Position numbers and translations under genes: made by a program. A DNA stretch of 62,706 nucleotides, filler included, from Sphacelaria rigidula (Eukaryota), in the NCBI GenBank assembly GCA_964200075.2. It is 6 parts of 6 records of this genome, joined end to end, with 100 filler letters (N's around TTAATTAATTAA, not from the genome) between each part and the next. Parts side by side here need not be neighbours in the genome. Positions count along the whole stretch, not along the records: positions 1 to 10,369 come from CAXNAA020006635.1; positions 10,470 to 20,837 come from CAXNAA020006636.1; 4 more parts are not named here. One strand, given 5' to 3'. Each line of letters starts with the position of its first letter. Position 1 is the first letter of the stretch. The notes beneath the pieces are model-generated. The model was not told where the DNA came from, made no database searches, and saw nothing but the letters and a program-made list of their open reading frames with translations. This document shows positions 1 through 12,533 of the stretch, one piece after another.

Positions 1-120
1 CCCCCGTCATGGAAGGGATGTGCAGTCAATGGTCACACGACTAAGGCAAGCAGCAAATGAGTACGCCCCCTCCCCCTCCCCCCCCCCCCCTGCGTCCCGT
101 CCGTCCACTGTTCGTTGCAG

Positions 121-3100
121 GCGAGCGGCGTGTGCCACTCGGACACGTTCACCGTGGTTGGAGGTACGGGAGTCAACTACCCCGGCATCCCTGGCCACGA
201 AGTAGTGGGCAAGGTAACATTCAGACTGAGGGTGTACGGACAATGTTTTGGGACTTCATCCCTCAGTATTCAATTGTATAAGTAAAGATATGCGCCATTT
301 TCGACCCGTTCGGCACCGAAGGTGTCTCCCCTATGACGGGTTGATTGGATTGACACACGGTCTCTATTCCGGTTACGTGAAACGCACATCCTTTTCAACC
401 CTGCAAATCGCTATCCATGTACGATTGGTCTACGGGATGATCCATGTTTTCAATATTCTCGCGAAATTTTTCATCATCCTCGTGTATCGATCGCTTCCTT
501 GCACTTGATACAGAGTTCCAAACAATTCTCCGTTTTTGCTACCGGGCTGACAACAGCTCGGGCATTCAACCCTTTGGGAACTAGACCCCCAGGGAGTGCT
601 GATTTTTGTTTTTGGTGAATCGGCATCATTTTCACTCATTATTAAGTCAAAATGATGCCGGTTCACAAAGATTCACAAAACAGAAATCAGTACTTGAGTT
701 CCCAAAGAGTTAATAATGAGGACTTCCCCCTCGCTTTCTGCCCAGGGTTGACATCTAATCTAATGCATGACGGTATGCAAAGCATGATTCCAAACATGAA
801 TTCCCACTTTTCTCCTCCATCATCACCTAAGGAATCAAGCATACCCTGGGCAACAGAATACACAGTCATAAAGTGTACCGCTTACAGTATCGACTATTGT
901 GCATGTTGCAGCAGACAATAGCTTCCGTACTGTACGCAGTACATTATCCCACTGAAGACTCTGTTGTCCAGGGTGTCGAATCAAGAGCGAAGGCTGAGCG
1001 GTAGAGCTATACAACAGGGAAGTACCCCCTTTCCCACCGCCGGTCTTATCGAACGCATAGTCACAATAAACAAAGACTCTGGGGCCGAGGTTCTTACGAG
1101 CATGACGGCGCGTGCACTGCGCCTAATTGACGGGAGGCATTAGTGCTGGTTCCGACCCCACACTGCCTTGAGCAAAGCTTGCGAACGCTCGAGGTGCCTA
1201 CCCCGCATGGCTGCGGCGAGGCAATCTAGCCGGGCCTCCGGGCAATCGGCACACGAACCCGCCTGCGGGGTAAGTGTCGGGGCAGGTTTCCTCCTTCCTT
1301 CGAGGACAAGAGGGAGAGAAGAAAAAAGGTCGAGAGCGGAGGAAAGCAAAGCATCGGCAGCCGCCCGTCGCTACACCTCACACGGCTTTGTACTATCCAC
1401 TCGAGTCACAGTTGTCCTCTTTGGATGAAAAAACCTCTAAGGCCCCCACCCATTCTCAGTTCCGTCCACCGTAGTCCCGGCCACATTTTGGACACAGAAG
1501 GGGTACTCCTCCATGATGCCGCACGCAGTGAGTAGAAGAAATGGAGAGGAGAAGAAGGGCTGGGGGAGGGGGAAGTACCCCTTTACTTTTTCAGTCCCTG
1601 TGCGTGAGTCATGGACGAGGTGCTCGACTGCACTAGGAACGTGAGTCAGGACCACCATGACAAGCAACATGGTTGTACACTCCTCGTCGCGCTTTTCCTG
1701 CTGTGCTGTACGGGGTGGAGATTATATGAAATCCGAGGACACATGCGCTAGTCATACGACCTCACTCTCGCCTTCCGCGTGTGCTTCGTAACGTAGGCAC
1801 TGGCAGGTGTCTTGGAATATTCTGCCGTAGTTTGGTACTGGTGGAAATGAATACCCTTCAAGGATATATTTCGTTGGCAAAGGGAGTTATTTTCAAAAAA
1901 GTATACTTTTGGTTGATCCGTCAGCACAGTGCAACTGGTACTCAAATCATGTTCGGAATACGTAGTTAGGGCCCTTCTCTGTCTCTGTATATGTCTTTCT
2001 CTGTTTGTCCATCTCTGTCCCTCTTTGTTTGTCCGTCTCTTTGCCCACCCCTCGCGCACGCGGGATAACTCTCGGTTAGTTAACAACCACTCTTGTTTTA
2101 CCCGTTTACCCGATGGTGGCAGGTCGTGAAGACAGGCCCGGGTGCGATCGCACAGACCTTCGCCGAGGGTACAATCGTGGGTGTAGGTTGGCATGGCTCG
2201 CACTGCTTCACGTGTGAGTCGTGCACCGACGGTGACTTCGTTAACTGCGAGAAGGCCACTATAACAGGCGTGAGCAGGCCCGGTGGATACCAGGAGTACG
2301 CTGTCGTGGAGGCCAGCGCTTTGGCTAGGGTGAGAGGGGCCCAATAGAAATACGAGAATGCCGAACAGGTTTTACGAAACGAGAGAATATTCAAAGCATG
2401 GGAAGAAGCAAAATCGACGTACATTTAGTGTATATATAAAAATATTTCGGACTCACGAGCGCGAAGAATACTTTGTAGGGACGCGTCCATGCGATTTATG
2501 CTGGAATTAGTGTGCACATCCGTCGCACCCGCGCCGGGGAATGACTGTTCGGTCGGACGGCCGGGCTAGGGGTTTCGTCCGGGTGTTTCGTGCTAGAGTT
2601 TGTGTCGGTTTTCAGTCGTGTAATCGTAGAGTCGCCTTCAGGGCCGTTCGAACGGATGCGTCATGAGCGGAACCTCGCCCAACCGCACAGGCATGAAATC
2701 GGCAGGTGACCCAGACTTGCACACGGTCACGTTTGGGGATCGATTGCGCCCGGGAGAATCTGACCATGGCATGAGGTTCATTGGATTGTGCCGCCTTCGG
2801 CCGGCTGCGGTCCCTTTTTTAGCTGGTCACGGCTGACGCGTTATCAACAGCCAAGTCTTCGTGTTTTGTTGTAGATGGTGTTTTTGTGTTAATGCGGAGA
2901 CTGAGAAGAGGATGATGTATTCACGTGCACCGGCAGGGGTGCAGTTACCGGTGCAAACGCTCCGAAACACAAACCGTTTCTTCCTGTAATACCTCCCCAT
3001 ATCTAACAAAATGAAGGGCTAACGGCGCACCCGCTCTAAATTTATATTGGAAGTAGTATGTTGAATCTCATCCTGCTCACGAGAGAACATGGACAAGATA

Positions 3101-6100
3101 TTGTCGACCGTAACCACTGAATGTATATTGCTTTGCAGTCATGGTTCAAGCACTGGTTCTCGGATCCCCTTGCCCGGGACGACGAGGTCGTCGTTCTAAC
3201 GGACCATTTCATCTCTCGCGCAGTAACTGGCTTTCATTTCTTCCCGAACTTCATTCATTCGGTAGCACTCACCGATGTGGCAGAGGCCGGCTATTTTCTT
3301 TTCTTCCTTATTTCTTCTATTTGTCTTCGTCTTCAGTTTCTCTTCTTTTATTTTTTTTCATCTACTCGCTTTTGTCGGTTCAATTTTCTCCGTTTTCTTT
3401 CCTTTTTTTCAAGCGATTTGTTCAGTTTATACATGTCTCGGGTATGTCCATCATGCAACCACGGCTGGGTCCATGAGGATCAGCTACTGTGCGACGATCA
3501 ATCAATCAATCGACCAAGATCACACCGAAAATACAGTACTATGGCACGCTACTGTCGAAACTTAACCCCGTCACATGCGCCAACAGGAGCTGGTGCACAT
3601 GTCCAGATTGACCACGGCGGCGCGTGTTGTGTGTATTCATGTGTGCATGATGTTTCTCGGGGTGGGAGCAGGTGCCGGACGGCATGGACCCCACCGATGC
3701 AGCACCGCTTATGTGTGCCGGCGTCACTGTCTTCAACGGACTGCGCGCAAACATCTCGAAGGCGCAACCTCCGGCTCTCGTCGCTGTAGTCGGGTAAAAA
3801 GCAACTCTACTGTTGGCCTTGCAGTAGGTGCTATTTCCCAACGCTGTTGCTGTCCTGCAGTAGGAATCCCCGAGATGTATATTTTTTGCACGAGGGTACA
3901 AAGCGCGCTCGTTGAACACTTGGTGTATTCGATCATCGATGTATTTTTTTTGCTGCTGTCGCTATTATGTATTGAACGCGTACGCTGTACGTGTGGGCGA
4001 TTGTCACATCGCACCAAACCACGCATACGGCTTTGTGACCGCGCATGGCGGAGTGAGCACAGGAGTCAGAGGTGGGCATGAAATATAGCCGTACGCGCGT
4101 ACTGTCACGCGGGTGTGCCAGAAATGCCGTTCAACTGTCTGAACTATTCTCAACCTCCCGCGTTCGATAACCCACGCGCAACGGATGACGCATCGCGAGT
4201 AGAATCGGTGGGTTGGGACACGTGGCGATCCAGTACGCCGCGAAGTTCGGCTATACCGTGGTGGCTATCTCCAGAGGTACAAAGAAGAAGGCGCACGCCA
4301 TGGAGCTCGGGGTGAGAGTGTATTGCAAACTGTCGACAGCCAGAGACTTTTGTCGAATCTGTCTCTTTTGTACAAAGAATATCATATCACGGCCTTACAG
4401 TTGGTAACGCAGCAAGCATGTATAAATGGGGGCAAATATGCAAGCACACACTTCGGTCATAACTATACATGTTGTCTTTGAGGGGGGAAACTACAGCAGG
4501 CAATCTCGACACCGTACATGGGACATGAGATTATCAATTAACCGTTTTTGGCGCGTGTGGCCTTCCAATGTTGCCGCCAGGCTCAGAAAATTGCTGTAGT
4601 GTAAGCATGGATGGCCTCTGGTGGGCCGCGTGGTTGCTGAGAGGAATGGCTGGCGAGATTCAGTTTTATGCATATGTTTGTGGGCGGGCACTGTGAGGGC
4701 ATTGTTCTCGTGTACATGTTTGAAACGGCAAAAGCCGACCGGAGTCACTCTCCATGCCACGAGCTCCAGCTTGGGCAACAGGTTTTTTTTTATCAAGACG
4801 AGCTCGTTACTGCGGTTCTGCGCGCGTTGCTTGTGCGCGCACTTCGACTCGTTGATTCGTGTCATGCTCAGTTGGTTGTGGGGAGTGTTGGGGGGGGGAT
4901 TCTCCCGCAAACATGAAACGACAAAAATGAAGGATCAGTCACCCACACGCGTACGTGCCGACTACAGCACGGCAATCCCCACCGTATATGCCTCGCCGTT
5001 CTTCTGTCTCACAACAGCTGTGTGTATTAAGCAGTCGTATGTACTATTGCCGGCGCAGTCACAACTACTGTACTATGCTGTTCAAATCATCATGTCGTGA
5101 GACGGCAACGCCCGGTGGCCATGGATGTGCACGAATATATCTGGCGCGCGGCATGCGCATGGCAACGGCCTCTTCTTTAAAGGCGTGTGTACACTCACCA
5201 AAAAGCAGCTATTCTGAACCTCCGGCAAAAACGAGTGAAGGGGGACAAGAGTGCAGTAGACCGAAAGCTTTGGTCGTTTATCTATGTTTGACAACATAAC
5301 TACTTCATTTTAGACTCGAGAAAGTTCTGAGAAAACTCATGATTTGGGGCAGGTGAGCAGCTGACCCAGCTCGTCCAAAACGTGTTCTTGTCGAAATCGG
5401 CGCATACTTCGCCTAGGGTCAGCTATGCACCCCCCTTGCCCGAGGGTCTCGTACGCCTTGGGTCAGGGCAGGGGTAGGGTTAGCGTTATTGTTAGTTTGC
5501 TCGAAAACATCTACAATAGATATACGACCTCAACTGTGGGTCCCCTCTAAGAGCGGGCCCCTCAACGCATGGCGGCTCGAATGGGCAAGATCGTGTCCAT
5601 GCGCGAAGTTGCACCGGTGAAACCGAACGGCGATGCTGACTTTGCAGCGGGGGGTGAAGTGGGTTGTGCAGTACGCACTGTCGTGTGCAGTATTAGCGCG
5701 TATTGAGGCGGCGTCAGTTGTGTAGACATCGCAATTGGTGTGAAGTCCCTGATCAGGTTCAACACGCCGAAGTATGAGAAAGGATGAATCTCATTTCTTG
5801 TGTTGCGTTGATCAAGGCGCAGCAGTGCAGTTGATCTTGTGTGTGTGTTTGTTTGTTTTTTTGGTTGAAGGCGTTTGTTATTATGACCTCTGTACGACCC
5901 AACCCGCTTACTAATAACCCCGGGCTAGTCAACCCGGACGTCTTCCCGGGTCCGTCACCCTGGGACGGTCATCATTCAATCTCCAGTCTGGGATCGTCAT
6001 TCTCCCGTTTCGGAATCGATGCTCCCTCGTGGGCGCATCCCCTACTCTGTCATTCTGTGTCTCAACCCAAACAACCTTGCAAAGTACGTCCTGTTCAAGT

Positions 6101-7987
6101 CCACGTCGCGGCTCCGCACGCTCCGTACCCTTTCACCGAGTGAGAAGCTACAGCCTACACACACCGATCGCCCGGGTAGGATAAGTCACACTCACTGTCC
6201 GACTGTGTCTTATACGTTCACATGATCCACTGAGGAGAGTAGGACCACCTATTGGTGCTCTTCTCTTATTCAAAATTCAGCTGGCTCTCGTTATTTCCCA
6301 GGCGCCCGCGTCGGAAGTTTTCTTCATAGAAACAAACGTTCGCTGTTTATTTCGTGCCCGGTCCCCGAGGAAAACGTGGCTTTCGATTCAAACCTCGTAG
6401 AAAAGATCATGATTTTCCTCGCGCAACTCCGCTTCGCTGCTGTTCCTTTGGCACGTTTAGGCCACGCACTATATCGACTCCACAGCGGAGAATGTGGCCC
6501 AGGCTCTGATGGCGCTTGGAGGTGCCAAGGTTGTGCTCTGTACCGCCACTAACGCCAAATCCATGGGCGACTGCATTGATGGTAGGATGTGCTTTTTTTA
6601 GTCTATGTCGGCAGCACTACCCTGCTGGATGGTTTTACTGCTAGTCATGGCGTTGGTGCAGCCCACTGCATGCTCATCGTACGATAGACACTATATTTTC
6701 ATGGGCGCCGATATTGCAGCAAGCTGCTCTTGGATGGGTTTGCTCTGTAGGAGGTGGCGGGAAGAAGGTGGTTTCGCATGATGTCTGACGTACGTAGCAG
6801 ATGGCATGGGTCTCCGTCGTTTCATCTGTACAAAATGTATAGTTGCGAGGGGTAACATTTGCGCTCTTCGTTCTTCTCTCTATCAAATGTACAAAAGTGT
6901 CAGTACTATATAGGCAAATGGGGGGGGGGGGGGNNNNNNNNNNTCTCTTGTTTTTTCATAGGAGGATATGTATAAGAGCAGGGGTAATGTAGAGGGGGGG
7001 GGGGGGGGGGGGGGGGGCACCGTGCTGTGCACATACTAGTTCTGTGTCTTACACTACGGTCCACTTGCATTCTCCAGCCGATTTCCGCTTGCGTCTTCTT
7101 GTCTATACGGAGAGTGTTTTCAAGATCGGAAGCTGTTCTCTGAGAGTTTCGGTCCAATGGGCGATACAACCTTCCCGCGCACGTTCGCACGTTGTCAGGA
7201 TTGTCGCGTCACGGCAGACTTGTAGTGCTAGGAGCGTCAACGGACGATATCCCTGTTTCGCCCCTCCAGCTCATCGTCAAGTCCAGGGCTATTGTCGGAC
7301 ATCTTACCGGGTCCGCTCGGGACAGTCAGGTGCGTAGCCAACCGTTGTTGCCCCCTCCCGGGATAAATAGCTCTGGCACGACAACGCCCGCGCTTTCAAA
7401 AGCTCTCATTGGCGTGAGACTCCTCCATTGAAGCGGTATGTTGAGCTAACGCCACTTTTTTGGGCGAGTGCACCGAGAATGGCGCCAGTGAAAGTAGTGT
7501 CTCGATGAAGACAAGCGGCCGCGTTTTTTTTTCCATGAGACCAGACTTTTCGTGCCTACCTGAGCTAAACGATATCCATCCGAGCGAACACGGTTTTCGC
7601 AGCACCAGCATCGTTCTGTTCTCCGGGGGTAAACCCCCCTGCAGTCGTATCTCCGTCGTTGGGTGGAATTGTATCGTGTCACTCATGGTTGTTGACGCGC
7701 AATTCAGTCGTTTTTGAAGGAACCACTCGCTTTGGATTGCGCATGTACCTGGTCTGCTAGGCTGTGTTCATGCACTGGATTGTGTGAGAACTCGATGTAA
7801 CTCTCTGATTCGAATCAGACGCAGCGTCCGGTATATCGGCCCTGTCATGCATGCGCAGGACGCCATGGAGTTCGCGCACAAGCACGGGATCAAACCTTCT
7901 AAGGTAATGTTTGACGGGATCGAGAAAGCTCCCGATGCTTACGCCGCCATGCGCAGGGGCGAGTATCGCGTGGTCATCAAGTTGTAG
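121..7987 (+). CDS. adh: Zinc-dependent alcohol dehydrogenase (MDR superfamily, CAD/AdhP-like), 5'-partial, 7 exons
   Basis: Phase-consistent AG/GT exons 121-213, 2123-2329, 3672-3793, 4203-4311, 6461-6581, 7199-7329, 7859-7987(TAG), giving 303 aa. Motifs: GVCHSD and PGHEVVG (catalytic Zn), CFTCESC..C (structural Zn), APLMCAGVTVFN, Rossmann GIGGLG, C-terminal YRVVIKL. The N-terminal exon lies off the contig start. Confidence 0.95.
5300..5490. repeat. Dispersed repeat (inverted copy at ~53215-53455)
   Basis: ggggcaggtgagcag...gacccagctcgtccaaaacgtgtt matches the reverse complement of aacacgttctggacgagctgggtc...ctgctcacctgcccc at ~53350-53401. Both copies end in TTAGGG/TTAGCG-like units. Confidence 0.7.
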
Positions 7988-9154
7988 AATCTGATGAGCG
8001 CTCGATGTGACGGGTCTGATGGAACGAAGGCTGTCAACATGCAACATGGGCAACGTCTTGTCATGAGTGAGTAGCTCAAGGCTCGACTTGTGATGGCCAA
8101 ATATATCGCGCGGGGGAGGGGGCGTGTACCCATGATCTGGCAGGCCGTAGTCGCGCAAGGGAATGGGGAAGGGGGGCATGCAACAGCGAAAAGTACCTGG
8201 GATTCCCCTCAGACGGTCACGACGTGCAAGCACGTCTCAGTACCGTGGTTTACAGTAATGTGCGTATTGCAATTTTGTTGAGATTCTGCGTAACTAGGCA
8301 ACCGTACCCCATGCGGAAGGGGTCTGTTTACTTCATGTTCCATCATCTGTGTGCCCTCTTGAGCGTCATCGGCGGGCGTGAGCTACAGAAGATCTCACGG
8401 AAGCTCTGCTTGGAAGGTGTAATGTTTCGTAATCGCATGTCATGCAACACTGCTGTGAGATAACGACAGCTGTTTATACGAAGGACTGGAAAAGGAGTCA
8501 CGGGAGGCGTCAACCATATGTTTACCCATAGCTTGCCAATCGGCCATCCGTCCGTGTGTTCAAATCCATAACGCCCTTGACCTCCTTGTACTGCACCATT
8601 CCTTCTTGCGAACGGTATGTCGGAGTGACGGTCAGTATGAAGGATGATAGAACTTGGCGTCAGGCTAGTGCAGAGTGGCAACATCATTACTCGGGTGGAG
8701 ATTGGCATTTGTGGTAGTCTAGCCGAGAAAATGATGAAAAAGAGCCTGGGAGGTACTCATATTCATGAGAAGCCTCGGTCGTACATGTACGTGGGAGTGT
8801 AGTCGGCTGACGTTAACGTTTCAGGCGTTTGGTGGAGTGATGAACATTTCCGTAGGATGTTGTGGCTCAGTCATCTCTGTTGATTTATATGGACAGCGGA
8901 ATTCGTCGCGTGGTGGTCCAACGTGAGTCAGAGTATGCACACTCACCGCGTATGCGATGACGTATTTGATCAAGATAAACATACTGTCAACACGTATCAA
9001 AGTGCGGCGATCGGTTAGTTCGTGCTTGAATGGGGAAAACATTCCAGTGCCGACTCATCTATGCCTTTGTCGCCGAAAGGTCGCAATATCGAAGACGGGT
9101 GGGATGATTTCGGGACGTCGCTCCATCCCTGTTGTCGAGAATGTTGGCTGGCTA

Positions 9155-9430
9155 TTTCCAATTTTCAAATTGGTTGTCGTCTCAGGCTATCCCAAATTCG
9201 GCATCAGATTTCTGTGACAGAAAAACAAGCAGAATTTTTCGAGAATTTTTAAAAAATGAGCAGAACTTTTCGAGAACTGCTCGAAACATGACCCCATTAT
9301 CTGGAGTACAGAGTACTACACTAAACACAAGACAACACAGCGGTTCTGCAATGTTTTTTTAGTTTTAGAACCTGAAGACGGACTGTATACATTATGTATC
9401 AGCTTCTCTTGTTGCAAAATTAATATGCTG
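9155..9430. repeat. Dispersed TE-derived repeat (copy at 59740-60067)
   Basis: Shared ttccaattttcaaattggttg..tctcaggctat..cagatttctgtgacagaaaa and cctgaagacggactgtataca...cagcttctcttgttgc. Confidence 0.85.
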
Positions 9431-9807
9431 CTGTTGTAGAACTACGACAACACAGGAATAACTTTTTCAAACGTTTTAGTGCTGCATGCAGAAGTGGGGT
9501 GAGATCAAAGGACAAAGGTGAAACGATGAAACGACCACGTGACGACTGTGCAGCTTTCTGTCTCGGAGGAATCACGAAGTCCAGGTCCTGACCCGGATTT
9601 GGTCTTCGCAAACACCGTCACTCTGTACTCTCTGTGCTTGCAGAGCACAGCTTGTACTCGGACAGGGGAGGTGAACAGCACGTTATAACTCGTGGATGGA
9701 TACACTGCAGTAGCTGGGTATGCTTTGTTATTTTTTGTTGGCGAAAACTTGCACGTCTTCTCTCATGGAGGGCATCAACGACAGAACTGTGTGGTACGGT
9801 GGGCAAC

Positions 9808-10180
9808 AGCACACGTGGACAAATAGCACCCTGTAGGACGAGCTGCACAGGGTTCTCCACAGTCTTCGTGAAAACCCCTGTGCAGCGTTTTCAAACCCTA
9901 GTACCTGTAATAGCATTTTGCATAGCGTTTTCGTCGAAACCCTGCAAGCAACCCTGTGGAGAGGCCTTCCCCATTTCGAAAATTCCAAATTATTTTGGTA
10001 TGAAATCTGTAATTTTTTTTTGAATAGCTTCTCCTGCTGTCCGAGAAAAATTCCTTTTTGCCCGATTAAAAAAAACGATATATTTCGAACAGCTGAAGAT
10101 CCTATTCAAAACAGGTCCTTTTTTCGTCCATTTACATTGGGGGAAAGAAGGATCTATTTCGAACAGCTTATTCTGCTGCG
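9808..10180. repeat. Dispersed repeat (copy inside the MULE at ~21968-22410)
   Basis: Shared cacacgtgg.acaaatagcaccctgtaggacgagctgcacagggttctccacag...aaaccctagtacctgtaatagcattttgcatagcg...ggatctatttcgaacag. Confidence 0.85.
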
Positions 10181-10369
10181 GAGTGATGCTGCGATAGGAT
10201 CAGCACTTTGACGGCCTGAGAGTAGAATTGTTAGGAACCCTTTATCTCATCCAAAACACGACTTTCGAAATAGGTGAGAGTACGCCAGGGTTTTTCTTCC
10301 AATTTGCTAGGGATATCCCGAATGAATTTGCAAACGGGGATATCCTGACCCATATTCTTGTGTAGTTCC

Positions 10370-10469
10370 NNNNNNNNNNNNNNNNNNNNNNNNNNNNNNN
10401 NNNNNNNNNNNNNTTAATTAATTAANNNNNNNNNNNNNNNNNNNNNNNNNNNNNNNNNNNNNNNNNNNN
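10370..10469. other. Artificial contig spacer N44-TTAATTAATTAA-N44 (also 20838-20937, 31306-31405, 41773-41872, 52240-52339)
   Basis: Five identical 100-bp spacers carrying a stop-in-all-six-frames linker, spaced 10467-10468 bp apart. Confidence 0.98.
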
Positions 10470-11202
10470 CGTTCTTTTTGGAGTCAAGCCGCCCGTATGC
10501 CCACATGATTCGATGTTCCGCTCCGTGGGTTCAACCGAGGTCGCGAACACGAGGCGACCCGCCTCTGTAATAGGCATAAACGCACTCCCCACACTATTTC
10601 CTCTCGCAAATGGGTGTTTGAGAGTAGGCGATGCCAATACGTTTATGACAGTATGGGCGGGCTGGTCATGTTTGGACAGCAACGATGGAGTTGGCTTTGT
10701 TCCGCGTTGAGACCAATCTTTCCGAGACCACGACTCAACATGCCCTGACCGTCAGAATGTCGCGACACATATCCTGTGATCCTTAGTGCAAGTAGCCATG
10801 TGTACCCGAAGCGTAATCAGGGAATGGGACACACGTCGACAAATACCGGAATATTTAGGTCTTTTCACCTGCCTGACTGGTGGGATTGTTTCAGCGGTAT
10901 AGCACCTGACACGCGGCAAATTGGTCACCATTATGCCGAAAGTAGAGCTCGTAAGAAAGATACCTTTGTACTACCTACAAAGTTGGGTGTTATCGGAAAA
11001 CATGCTATCAGTACTCATGCGAGAGTGATATGACCCAGATACGTGGTCGAATTACGAGTACAGGTGGCTTTGTGGGTAACATGTACCAATCGTGACCTTC
11101 AACTAACCGCAATATTAGGATGTTGTCGCTGGCCCTCGCTCTATCCCCCTCCCCCACTCCCCCACCCCTCCCTCACACAATCGACTGCACCGCCGTCTGC
11201 AG

Positions 11203-12349
11203 CCTGAATCCCACAACAGTGAAGAAGCAGGCGTTGCTGCTGCCTGCCTGCCTTCGTTTAGCTTTTAACGATGTCGGCGAGACTCTGTCTCCCCGCAACA
11301 CGTACGACAAGCTTTACGTACGGGTTGGAAAATCTCCAGCTGTTCGTGGGGGACTATATATCGTCCGTGGACAAGACGATATCAGAGACAGGAGAAAGCC
11401 TGCCGGCTGAAGAACAGGAAGGCGATGCCTTGAAGGAATTCGAGGCGGTCTAAAAGTGAAGGCTTCCACGGCCCTCGGAGCTGGTGCGTTACTCCCCGTC
11501 GATAATTGATTTTATTCTAGGAAAGTCGAGACATATGTTCGCTGTCGCGAGCTGATCGGTGACCGGCCTCGATGCTCAGGCATGGAAGTCAACTGTATCT
11601 TTTCCGGTAGTACGGGTTGAAGAGTGCAAAACACCACCGCCTGTATACAGCTGCACAGACTTGCTGCCGGCCGTCCCTTATTTTGTATCGCAGTTCATAC
11701 TTGACATACCAGAGATCTTGCCCTCACCGCCGTTCGCAGGTGACACAAAGAGAGAGTCGTTGCCCCTTCATATCCATGAAGGTTCACCAACAAGGGCGAC
11801 GCTGTTCTTGGTGTTGGGGTCGAGAGTACGCAGCTGCTGGAGATCGCCGTCCAAGGCGGGCGCCCTATCGAGCTCCTTTTCTCAGATGCCAGTCTCTCCG
11901 TCGTGGTGGATGATCGCATGGTGAAGACGTTCCATAAAGTATTCTCCTCTGGGCTCTTCAAGGTACAGAGAGCGACACCACGGCTAGGCGGTTACTATTA
12001 TTACTATTATTATTATCATTATATCCATCACATAAGCTCGATCTCTCGAACCCGTGGTCACAGAGTATACATGCGAAAATGAAGGTCGTGTTCCCTGATT
12101 TTTCGTTTTCGAGAGGTGTCTTGAACTCTCACCAATCTTTCCAACTGCCGCCGGGCTCGTTTTCACCCTCTATTTCTCGACAGCACGATGTCGGCGGCGC
12201 AGTGTATGTGGGCCCAGGGTTGCTCCCGTCGAAGCTGCCGGCCGACACGACCCCGCCGGCATTGCTGACTCCTGCCGCCGGTACTTCTGCTGCAGACTGC
12301 TGGAGAGGTCAGGAAGACCGCCGTGCAGCCGTTCGGATACAAAGTGGAG
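11203..12349 (+). pseudogene. Probable decayed multi-exon gene of unknown function
   Basis: Three exon-like blocks with AG/GT borders (11203-11483, 11740-11962, 12184-12349). They give protein-like text (LENLQLFVGDYISSVDKTISE; FTNKGDAVLGVGVESTQLLEIAVQGGRPIELLF; PPVLLLQTAGEVRKTAVQPFGYKVE) but contain in-frame stops and frameshifts. Confidence 0.4.
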
Positions 12350-12533
12350 GTGAGAGTGCTTCGGGCGAGACGAACGGTGTTCATATCGAGTCTTGTTTAC
12401 TTGCTTCTTGGCCGTTTGAGGGTCGCACAGTGAGGACAAGGTGGTGATGAGGCTAGCGGGCACCTACGCACCAGTTGTAGTCTTTTCGCATATTTCTTGA
12501 CGCATTTGCGAGTCTAATATAGTTTCCCTGTAC

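Noticed and set aside
10414..10425. TTAATTAATTAA palindrome recurring every ~10.47 kb
   Set aside because: Synthetic linker between contigs, not biological periodicity.
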